64,000 nt of DNA from Opitutaceae bacterium (GTDB lineage Bacteria > Verrucomicrobiota > Verrucomicrobiia > Opitutales > Coraliomargaritaceae), in NCBI GenBank assembly GCA_051252375.1, contig JBPOFY010000003.1, positions 64,001 through 128,000 on the forward strand, written 5' to 3'. Below the pieces are notes generated by a model. The model ran no database searches. It saw only the letters and a program-made list of their open reading frames with translations, and was not told where the DNA came from. Of this stretch, positions 21,528 to 29,597 are shown one piece after another (position 1 is the stretch's first letter; each line of letters begins with the position of its first letter). The translations under genes and the position numbers were made by a program.

Positions 21528-22307
21528 ATGGAACTTGTATTTTTAGGCACTGGCACCTCTCAAGGTGTTCCGATGATTGCGCAACCTGAGGGTGGCTGCG
21601 ATTTAGACAACCCGATGAATTGGCGCACGCGGACATCCATACATGTCGAGATGGGCGGGCATTTCATTCAAGTGGATGCGGCTCCAGAGTTCCGCATGCA
21701 GTGTATCCAGAATGAGATTACACAGATCGATACCTTTATCCTGACGCATCCACATTCAGATCATATCTTAGGCATGGATGACTTGCGCCGTTTTTGTGAT
21801 CTCAACGGGGGAGTGGCTTTGCCCGTTTACAGTAGCACGGAGGGGCTTCGACGGGTTCAGGAGATTTTCCCTTATGCCATTATGGACAAACCTGTGGTCA
21901 AAGGGTATCCGGCTTTTAAGTTGGAAGAGATGCCAAAGGAGCTGGAAGTACCAGGCGGTTTAATCGAATCGGTCGTGTTGCCGCATGGCAAGATGGAGGT
22001 GCTGGGCTTGATCTTTACCGAGAAGGACACCGGTAAGAAGTTGGCTTATTTCACCGATTGTAAAGAGGTCGGTGAGGAAGCGCGCTTTTTAGCTGAAGAG
22101 GCTGATGTTGTGGTGCTCGATGGGTTACGCCCAGAGCCGCATCCGTCGCACATGACGGTCGATGAGGCCACGCAAACTGCGATTGAAATGGGTGCGCAAC
22201 TATCGTTTTTGACTCACATGACCTACATGGTCGACCATGAGACGACCGAGGCGAAGTTACCGGACAACATTCGACTTGCCTATGATGGCTTGCGGGTGAG
22301 CTGGTAG
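21528..22307 (+). CDS. MBL-fold metallo-hydrolase, PhnP/YycJ-like phosphodiesterase
   Basis: LGTGTSQGVP, THPHSDHILG, YFTD, HPSH, THM, AYDGL. Confidence 0.88.
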   Translation: MELVFLGTGTSQGVPMIAQPEGGCDLDNPMNWRTRTSIHVEMGGHFIQVDAAPEFRMQCIQNEITQIDTFILTHPHSDHILGMDDLRRFCDLNGGVALPVYSSTEGLRRVQEIFPYAIMDKPVVKGYPAFKLEEMPKELEVPGGLIESVVLPHGKMEVLGLIFTEKDTGKKLAYFTDCKEVGEEARFLAEEADVVVLDGLRPEPHPSHMTVDEATQTAIEMGAQLSFLTHMTYMVDHETTEAKLPDNIRLAYDGLRVSW

Positions 22308-22352
22308 GTCCGTTCGGTGCGCCCTCACACCATTGTCTGTGCTATTTGAGAT

Positions 22353-22507
22353 GTAGCCACGTCACTCTGTGACGTGTGACGGTTGGTAGTCAGAATGTTC
22401 AGTGGGTTAGATCGCATTGTAAAGAAACACGGCAGGGGACTGCCGTGGCTACAGCTTGGTTATATGGATGTTGCCACTTCACTCTGCAATCTGAGCTTGG
22501 CGAAGTG
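22353..22507. repeat. GTAG-type REP elements: an inverted doublet plus a degenerate third copy
   Basis: GTAGC-CACGTCAC-TCT-GTGACGTG (+); GTAGC-CACGGCAG-TCCC-CTGCCGTG (-, 22428-22452); GTTGC-CACTTCAC-TCT...GAAGTG (+); between convergent genes. Confidence 0.7.
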
Positions 22508-22615
22508 TCGCAACCGTCGATGGTTGGATGCATTTAGCCGTTTCTGCGGCAATGACGGAGCATTGCCCTCCAAATTATACGTCCAAATATTTTAGGACAG
22601 CGGTCTGTCGAAGAC

Positions 22616-23581
22616 TTACGCTTCAGCAAAGATACCGAGGTTACGGAACTTGTTGTAGCGATCATCGAGTAGCTTCTTCAGGCTCTTCTTTTCCATTATG
22701 GAAAGAGAGTCCGTGATGGCTTCCTTTAGATTTTTGGCTGCTGCCTCGTGATCACGATGGGCACCGCCGAGTGGCTCTTTTATGATGCGGTCAACGACTT
22801 TGAAAGTTTTCAGGTGCTCTGGGCTAAAGCGAAGGGCGTCTGCAGCTTTTGGAGCCGCCGCGCGGTCTTTCCATAGAATCGCAGCACAACCTTCGGGGGA
22901 AATGACGGAATAGTAGCTGTTTTCCATGATCATGACTTCGTCGGCTACGGCCATACCAAGTGCACCGCCAGAACCACCTTCGCCGATGACGATCGTAACG
23001 ATGGGAACCTTCAGTGCGCTCATGTCGCGTATATTGACCGCAATTGCCTCGGCGACGTGGCGCTCTTCGGCGCCGATGCCAGGATATGCGCCCGGTGTGT
23101 CAATCAAGGTGATGACGGGCATTTTGAATTTTTCGGCCATCTCCATCAGGCGCATCGCCTTACGATATCCTTCTGGGTGAGGGCAGCCGAAGTTGCGTTT
23201 CAAATTGTCGCGTGTATTACGACCTTTTTGCTGGCCGATGACCATGACGGGCTTGCCATCTAAAAAGGCTGGACCGCCGACAATGGCAGCATCTTCGCGG
23301 AAACGGCGGTCGCCATGAAGTTCTTCAAAATCCGTAAAGATCAGACCGATGTAATCGAGTGAGTAGGGGCGCTTTGGGTGACGCGAAAGCTGCACGCGCT
23401 GCCAAGCAGTAAGGTTTAAATAAATTTCCGCTTTGGTGTTTTCGATCTTTTGCTCGATCGCAGCGATCTCATTGCTGACGTCGACTTTCGACTCGTCCGA
23501 GACGGTGCGTAATGTGATTAACTGTTTTTCCAGTTCACGTAGTGGTTTTTCAAATTCGAGGGTGTATGTAACATCTTCCAT
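22616..23581 (-). CDS. accA: Acetyl-CoA carboxylase carboxyltransferase alpha subunit
   Basis: LEFEKPL, RHPKRP, ELHGDR, PEGYRKA, IDTPGAYPG, GEGGSGGAL, YSVISPEGCA. Confidence 0.98.
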   Translation of the reverse strand: MEDVTYTLEFEKPLRELEKQLITLRTVSDESKVDVSNEIAAIEQKIENTKAEIYLNLTAWQRVQLSRHPKRPYSLDYIGLIFTDFEELHGDRRFREDAAIVGGPAFLDGKPVMVIGQQKGRNTRDNLKRNFGCPHPEGYRKAMRLMEMAEKFKMPVITLIDTPGAYPGIGAEERHVAEAIAVNIRDMSALKVPIVTIVIGEGGSGGALGMAVADEVMIMENSYYSVISPEGCAAILWKDRAAAPKAADALRFSPEHLKTFKVVDRIIKEPLGGAHRDHEAAAKNLKEAITDSLSIMEKKSLKKLLDDRYNKFRNLGIFAEA

Positions 23582-23738
23582 GTGCTGTAGATTTAGGAGG
23601 TGTGATTCCTGCCTGTCAATGCCGCGAATACCATCAGGCGATGCGAATTCTGGTCGGTTAGTGACTGCTGTTTGAGGGCGGGATGCTGCTTAAGTTGTTG
23701 GTAGTAAGTTTGTTATTTTTTTGGGCAATGTTTTACCT

Positions 23739-24101
23739 TTAATCTAAGTCCGTTTTGGCCTCTGGAGGTGATTTGAGTTCATCTTTCCAGCCAAGCATAC
23801 GTGCTTGAGCACCAAACTGTTCTGCTTGTGGTTTGTCACCTTTTTCCATCCAAATACGGGAGAGGCTGGTGTTGATGTGGATGTCGTCGGGACTGAGCGT
23901 ATGGGCTGCATTGCCGGCTTCTAGCGCGGCATCGTAGTTGCCTTCGGAGAAATAGACTTCGGTCAGTGCGTGCCATGCGGCAAAAGAATCGGGGTGTTGG
24001 GCTACAATAGCTTGCAGCTTTTCGATGGCTGCTGCGCTTTCGCCCAGGGTGAAGTTTAGCGTGGCGTCGTCGATTTGATCCTGCAGTGAAGTGTCGTTCA
24101 T
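23739..24101 (-). CDS. Small TPR protein
   Basis: TPR-like units (HPDSFAAWHALTEVY, LSPDDIHINTSLSRIW); start moved to MNDT. Confidence 0.75.
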   Translation of the reverse strand: MNDTSLQDQIDDATLNFTLGESAAAIEKLQAIVAQHPDSFAAWHALTEVYFSEGNYDAALEAGNAAHTLSPDDIHINTSLSRIWMEKGDKPQAEQFGAQARMLGWKDELKSPPEAKTDLD

Positions 24102-24162
24102 GGTTTCTTTTGTGTTGCTCTGTCTTGGAGTCAGTTTTGAGTGATGTAGAGTTATCTCACTT

Positions 24163-24867
24163 ATGTCTGACCCGCAAATCGAAAAGCTTCTAATCGTCCA
24201 GGACCGCGACACATCGCTTCAAAAAATTGAGCAGGAACTCACTCGCATTCCGAATGAGCGTGCTTCAATTGAAAAGCTGATCCAGCAGGAAGAGGCGAAT
24301 GTCGAGGAGGCGCGGCACGCGCTCAAAGAGAAAGAGGTGCAACGCCATGAGTTGGATGTCGATGTGAAGGCGAGCGAAAGCACGATTCAGCGTTTTCGGA
24401 CGCAGCAGCTCGAAGTTAAAAAGAACGAGGAGTATCGCGCCTTGACCCATCAGATTGAGCAACTGGAGACTGAAATCGGTGAGATGGAAGAAAAGGAGAT
24501 CGAGCTCATGTTAGAGATCGATGAAACCAAGGAGATTTTTGAAGCAGAACGCGCAGTGATTGAAGCACGTATTGAAGCGCAACGCCAAGAAATTGTGCTG
24601 CTTGGAGAGCGTGAAGAAAATTTAAAAGCTTCGATTGATGATGCGAAGGCAGCGTTGGCTGAATCGCGGTCTGCGGCGGAGGTAAGCTATCTGGAGCAGT
24701 ATGACCGAGTTAAACAGCTGACGAGTCGCCCACCTTATGTAGCGCCGATTGAAAACCATGTTTGTGGTGGTTGTCACCTTCGTGTCTCGAATGAAGTTTC
24801 CAAAGAAGCGACGAATGCCGGTGAACCGCATTTTTGTGATCAGTGCGCTCGTATCGTTTATGCCTAA
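24163..24867 (+). CDS. Coiled-coil plus C4 zinc-ribbon protein (DUF164/CT398-HP0958 family)
   Basis: Long coiled coil with KKNEEYRAL; C-terminal CGGC...CDQCARI. Confidence 0.87.
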   Translation: MSDPQIEKLLIVQDRDTSLQKIEQELTRIPNERASIEKLIQQEEANVEEARHALKEKEVQRHELDVDVKASESTIQRFRTQQLEVKKNEEYRALTHQIEQLETEIGEMEEKEIELMLEIDETKEIFEAERAVIEARIEAQRQEIVLLGEREENLKASIDDAKAALAESRSAAEVSYLEQYDRVKQLTSRPPYVAPIENHVCGGCHLRVSNEVSKEATNAGEPHFCDQCARIVYA

Positions 24868-24909
24868 CATATCGCTGCCATTGCGTTGAAGCATGGTTTT
24901 TAAATTTAG

Positions 24910-27240
24910 ATGAAAGTCGTTCTTGCGGAAAAGCCTTCGGTTGCACGGGACATTGCGAAGTATCTCGGTGCGACGAGTCAGGGGAAGGGCTTCCTCCGGA
25001 ATGATGAGTGGACAGTTACTTGGGCCTTTGGGCACATGGTCGAGCTGCAGGAACCGGAAGAATATAACCCAAAGTGGAAATCTTGGCGGCTCAGTAATTT
25101 ACCGATCATTCCTCAGGACTTTAAACTGCGGACGCGGAAAGACGGATCGGCGCATGAGCAATTAATGACGATTAAGGCGCTCTTTGAAGAGGCCGATGAA
25201 ATCGTTTGTGCGACTGACGCAGGTCGAGAAGGGGAGCTGATCTTTCGATATATATTAACTTGGGCGCAATGTGAGTCGAAGCCTTGTAAGCGGCTGTGGA
25301 TCAGTTCGCTGACAGAATCGGCCATCGAGAAAGGCTTTAGCAAATTGGCACCGAGTGAATCATACGATCGCCTGTATCAGGCAGCCAAGTGTCGGAGTGA
25401 GGCGGATTGGATTGTTGGGCTCAATGCGACTCGCTTCTTTACTGTCGAGTATGGTCAGCGAAATCTACTGCTCAGCTTAGGACGTGTGCAGACACCAATT
25501 TTGGCGATGATTGTGAACCGCGACCTAGAGATCGATTTCTTTAAGCCGAGGGATTTTTGGGAGGTGCATACGCTGTGTTGTGGCGCGAAGTTTAAACACA
25601 CCGATGGCAAGTTTGAGGATAAGACCAAGGCTGAGACGATCATCGAGAAGGTCAGTGGGCAACCACTCGTCGTGCAGTCGATTTCTCAAAAGAACGAAAA
25701 GTCGAATCCGCCGCAGCTGTATGATCTCACCTCACTGCAGCAGGACATGAATAAGCGTTTCGGGTTTACGGCGGATCAGACGTTGAAGCTGGCTCAGACC
25801 CTTTATGAAAGTAAGCACTTAACCTATCCGCGAACAGATAGCCGCTACCTCAGTAGTGATATTGAGCCGACGATTCAGCCGCTGCTTGAAGCGCTGCGTC
25901 GAATCAAACCGCACGAAATTGCAGGCTTAGACCTCGGTCAGCTCACGTTCACGAAGCGGATCGTCGACGACAAAAAGGTGTCGGATCACCATGCCATCAT
26001 ACCGACCGAGGTATTGGGAGATCGTCTTAGCGGGGATGAGCGTAAGTTGTATGATGCGGTCGTGACTCGTTTAATCGCGGTCTTTTATCCACCGTGTATT
26101 AAAGCCGTCACTGTGGTGGAAGCGGTCGCTGCGGAGGAACTTTTTCGAGCACGAGGAAAAGTCCTTGTTGATGCGGGTTGGCAAGCACTCTACGCCAAGG
26201 ATACTCCGGATAAGGCAGAAGAGTCTGACGATGAAGGCACGCAGGACTTACCTGAATTTAAAGAGGGCGAGAGCCACTCGCATGAACCAGCCTTGCCGCA
26301 GTTTAAGACTTCTGCGCCAAAGCGTTTCAATGAGGCGACTTTGCTGCAGTTGATGGAGACCGCTGGTAAAATCGTTGACGACGAAGACTTGAAAGAAGCG
26401 CTGAAAGATAAAGGTGTGGGCACACCCGCGACACGCGCCTCGATCATAGAGGTTTTGATTCAGCGGCAATATATTGAACGCAAGGGGAAGAGCCTGTTGA
26501 GCACCGAGTCCGGTCGCGGCTTGATCTCATTGATCCAGGATGAGCGTTTGAAATCGCCAGAGTTGACTGGTGACTGGGAGTTCCGGTTGAAGCAAGTCGA
26601 GCGCGGCGAATATGATCCGGCGCAATTCATGTCGGAAGTCGCTGATTACACGCGTGAGATTTTACAATGCACCGCAGACAAGACGATTGATTTGGCGAAT
26701 CTTGGACCATGCCCGATTTGTAATGCACCAGTTATGAAGGGGCGCACGGCATATGGTTGTTCGGATTGGAAGCAGGGGTGCAAATTTGTTTTGGCTGCCG
26801 AAGTGTGGGGCTTGACGTTGTCGCCTCAGCTCGCGCGCGAAATACTGACACATAAACGTAGTTTAACGCCGCATCCGATTACGGTGAAAAAGCAAAAGCT
26901 ATTTGCCACGCTTCGCTTGGATAAGAAGGGCAAACTACATCACGACATCGCCGAGGTGGAAAAGAAGGAAGCCGCGCAAGATGCGCTAGGGACTTGCCCG
27001 ACTTGCGGTGGTGATATCGTTGTCGGCGCGAAAGCATATGGTTGTTCCAACTGGCGTAATGGCTGCAAGTTCGTTATCTGGAAAACGATCGCTCAGCGTG
27101 AAATTCCGACGGAGGTCGCGCAGCAGTTGCTCGATGCCGGGACTACCGAAATGCTCAGTGGTTTTAAGTCGAAAGCTGGCAAGGATTTTGAGGCCAAGTT
27201 GAAGGTTGTCGCTGGTGAGGTGAAGTTCGACTTCAATTAG
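24910..27240 (+). CDS. topB: DNA topoisomerase III
   Basis: AEKPSVA, ATDAGREGELIF, GRVQTP, TYPRTDS, DHHAIIPT, GTPATRA; C-terminal CP..C/YGCS repeats. Confidence 0.93.
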   Translation: MKVVLAEKPSVARDIAKYLGATSQGKGFLRNDEWTVTWAFGHMVELQEPEEYNPKWKSWRLSNLPIIPQDFKLRTRKDGSAHEQLMTIKALFEEADEIVCATDAGREGELIFRYILTWAQCESKPCKRLWISSLTESAIEKGFSKLAPSESYDRLYQAAKCRSEADWIVGLNATRFFTVEYGQRNLLLSLGRVQTPILAMIVNRDLEIDFFKPRDFWEVHTLCCGAKFKHTDGKFEDKTKAETIIEKVSGQPLVVQSISQKNEKSNPPQLYDLTSLQQDMNKRFGFTADQTLKLAQTLYESKHLTYPRTDSRYLSSDIEPTIQPLLEALRRIKPHEIAGLDLGQLTFTKRIVDDKKVSDHHAIIPTEVLGDRLSGDERKLYDAVVTRLIAVFYPPCIKAVTVVEAVAAEELFRARGKVLVDAGWQALYAKDTPDKAEESDDEGTQDLPEFKEGESHSHEPALPQFKTSAPKRFNEATLLQLMETAGKIVDDEDLKEALKDKGVGTPATRASIIEVLIQRQYIERKGKSLLSTESGRGLISLIQDERLKSPELTGDWEFRLKQVERGEYDPAQFMSEVADYTREILQCTADKTIDLANLGPCPICNAPVMKGRTAYGCSDWKQGCKFVLAAEVWGLTLSPQLAREILTHKRSLTPHPITVKKQKLFATLRLDKKGKLHHDIAEVEKKEAAQDALGTCPTCGGDIVVGAKAYGCSNWRNGCKFVIWKTIAQREIPTEVAQQLLDAGTTEMLSGFKSKAGKDFEAKLKVVAGEVKFDFN

Positions 27241-27318
27241 ACTGAAGCTGCGATAGGAGGCGGGAAATCGAATAGAGTCTACGTTTGATCTTTGATGATA
27301 CTGGATCATGCTGAGGCT

Positions 27319-27957
27319 ATGAAATTATTCATCAGCGCTTCGATTCTTTGCTCAGTTTTGTTTCTTTCTGGTTGTCAGTCGGTCTATTACGCATCGATGG
27401 AAAAACTAGGCATTGAGAAGCGTGAGATCTTGTCGGATCGGGTCGAGTCGGCACGAGATGAGCAGCAAGACGCTAAAGAGACTTTTGCGGATGCGCTGGA
27501 AGCGTTTACCGCAGTGACTGAATATAACGGTGGTGAGCTAGAGGCCATCTACGACAAATTGAACTCTGCCTATAAAGATAGCATAGCTGCTGCTGAGCGT
27601 GTGACTGATCGGATCGATAAAGTGCAGTCTGTAGGCGACGCTTTATTCGATGAGTGGACGCGTGAACTGGATGCGTATAGCAGTGAGAGTCTACGTCGAT
27701 CGAGTGAAGCATCGCTACGCGAAACAAAGACCGAGTATGGCGTGTTATTGCGCAAGATGCGTGCTGCGGAGAAGAGTATGTCGCCGGTATTGGAGCTCTT
27801 TGAAGACCAAGTATTATATTTGAAGCACAATCTCAACTCCCGTGCCATTGCGGCGCTCGATGCGGAGGTTGCTCAGATCGAAGATCGTGTGCAGTCGCTA
27901 GTGAAGGAGATGGAAATTTCGATCGCTGAGGCAGACTCGTTTATTCGGACGCTTTAA
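27319..27957 (+). CDS. DUF2959 family lipoprotein
   Basis: LSGC lipobox; YYASMEKLGIEKREIL, LFDEW, DQVLYLKHNLN. Confidence 0.85.
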   Translation: MKLFISASILCSVLFLSGCQSVYYASMEKLGIEKREILSDRVESARDEQQDAKETFADALEAFTAVTEYNGGELEAIYDKLNSAYKDSIAAAERVTDRIDKVQSVGDALFDEWTRELDAYSSESLRRSSEASLRETKTEYGVLLRKMRAAEKSMSPVLELFEDQVLYLKHNLNSRAIAALDAEVAQIEDRVQSLVKEMEISIAEADSFIRTL

Positions 27958-28793
27958 GTTCGGCTTTCTAGTAAGCGGATAAGCGAAACAAAGTCATCTT
28001 CGCCGTAGCCGCTGTTCTCGGCTTTCTCTAGACGTTTACAGGTTTCCTTTAAAATAGGGAGCTCTTGTTCGCTGCTCAACTGAGCCAGTCGCATATCTTT
28101 ATGCATGTTCTTGATCGAGAACTGTGGCGTATAGTCGGCGTTACGAAGTTTGGGTTCTTTGAGCTTTGCCAATCCCGACCATGCGGCATTATATTTCATC
28201 ACTTCGAAATAGGTGTCATCTGCAATGCCTGCACTGCGAGCCATGTGGATGCTCTCGCTGAGTGCTTCGGTCATGGCAGCAAGTTGTAGGTTCATAGAAA
28301 GCTTGATCGTTGCCGCTTGTTTTGGCGTGCCGATTTCAAACTGCTGAGCTGAGATGTGGCGGAGCATAGGTTTTACCCGTGCTCGGACTGTCGGCTCACC
28401 GCCCAAGAAGAACACGGTCTTGCGTTCTTCTGCCGCTGGTTTGCTTCCGGTAAAAGGAGCTTCGACATAGCTGGCTCCGGTAGCTTGCACACGCTTGGCA
28501 ATGCGCTCTGCGCTGATGCTATCGATTGTGGATGATTGCATCACGCAGTGGCTAGCGTTGAGGAATGGCTCCAGTTGGTCGAGGACTGCTTCGACTGAAG
28601 CCGCATCGTAGAGACAAATTTGGAGTAGGGTGGCTTGTTGAGCGCACTTTTCTAATGAGCACTGCAAGAGATCGAGCTTTGGCTTTTCTGTCCGATTCCA
28701 AGAGGCGACGAGGCAATCATCTGTTTTATAGTGGGCGGCCCATATCGAACCAATGAGTCCGAGGCCAATGACAGCTATTTTTTCTGAATCCAT
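27954..28793 (-). CDS. NAD(P)-dependent oxidoreductase (3-hydroxyisobutyrate dehydrogenase family)
   Basis: IGLGLIG, WNRT, SSTI, EAPFTGSK, IKLSMN, HKDMRLA. Confidence 0.88.
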   Translation of the reverse strand: MDSEKIAVIGLGLIGSIWAAHYKTDDCLVASWNRTEKPKLDLLQCSLEKCAQQATLLQICLYDAASVEAVLDQLEPFLNASHCVMQSSTIDSISAERIAKRVQATGASYVEAPFTGSKPAAEERKTVFFLGGEPTVRARVKPMLRHISAQQFEIGTPKQAATIKLSMNLQLAAMTEALSESIHMARSAGIADDTYFEVMKYNAAWSGLAKLKEPKLRNADYTPQFSIKNMHKDMRLAQLSSEQELPILKETCKRLEKAENSGYGEDDFVSLIRLLESRT

Positions 28794-28883
28794 GCGCGTA
28801 GGATAGTTGGAATTGCATCTTTTTCCAGTGTTTTACCGAAATCAGATTGAATCGTTGCTTTTGAACGAGTGTGATTGGCAGGT

Positions 28884-29531
28884 ATGAAAATCTTATGCCC
28901 CACCTGTAAGACTGAAATCCCAGCGACTGACATTAACATCGGCAAGGGAATTGCTCACTGTAAGCCGTGTAATGAGATCGTGGACGTCACTTCTTTTCAG
29001 ACAAGCGCTGAAGACATCGCGCTGGTCGAGAAACCAAGTTGGAGTCGCATTGAGTCTTTTGTGGATACAGATGATATGGGTGTGATTTTTCCTCCCTTAG
29101 GTTTTCGAGGAGTCACTTTATTTTTCTTAGTGTTCTCTTTGTTTTGGAATGCGATCAGTTGGATTGGGTTCATCAGCGCGTTGAAAGCGGGTGAGCTTGG
29201 AGGGATACTGTTCTTGATCCCATTTATAGCGATCGGCTTGATTACTTTCGGTGTGTTTCTCTATCTACTGAAGGTGGAAGTCGCTCTGCTGATTAACCGA
29301 GAAACGGTGACGCTGTCCCGGACGATTTTTGGAAAATCATTTACCAAGGTCCGGACCTTTCAGGGCTTGAACAGAGTTGAAAGGGTAGAGTGTTATCGAA
29401 GTAATGATCGACCCGTTTACGGAGTCGGTTTGAACTTCGCGGATGAAAAACCATTGAAGTTTGGCTCCAATTTAAAAGAAGAAGAGAAGGACTGGATTTT
29501 GTCTGAGATCACTCGCTTCTGGAAAAGCTGA
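28884..29531 (+). CDS. Hypothetical membrane protein with N-terminal zinc ribbon
   Basis: CPTC...CKPC, two TM helices, soluble C-terminal domain. Confidence 0.7.
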   Translation: MKILCPTCKTEIPATDINIGKGIAHCKPCNEIVDVTSFQTSAEDIALVEKPSWSRIESFVDTDDMGVIFPPLGFRGVTLFFLVFSLFWNAISWIGFISALKAGELGGILFLIPFIAIGLITFGVFLYLLKVEVALLINRETVTLSRTIFGKSFTKVRTFQGLNRVERVECYRSNDRPVYGVGLNFADEKPLKFGSNLKEEEKDWILSEITRFWKS

Positions 29532-29548
29532 TTCGTCCACCGGTTCAC

Positions 29549-29579
29549 AAAAAAGGCCGCTCATTGCTGAGCGGCCTTT
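29549..29579 (-). terminator. Rho-independent terminator after gyrA, possibly bidirectional
   Basis: AAAAAAGGCCGCTCA-TTGC-TGAGCGGCCTTT. Confidence 0.85.
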
Positions 29580-29597
29580 GAAATTTATTGAAGCGGA

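Noticed and set aside
22308..22615. Short ORFs (22383-22595, 22528-22716) or a mini-CRISPR in the repeat-containing gap
   Set aside because: The repeats are inverted hairpins, not direct repeats with spacers; there are no cas genes; the ORFs look non-coding and overlap REP elements or accA.
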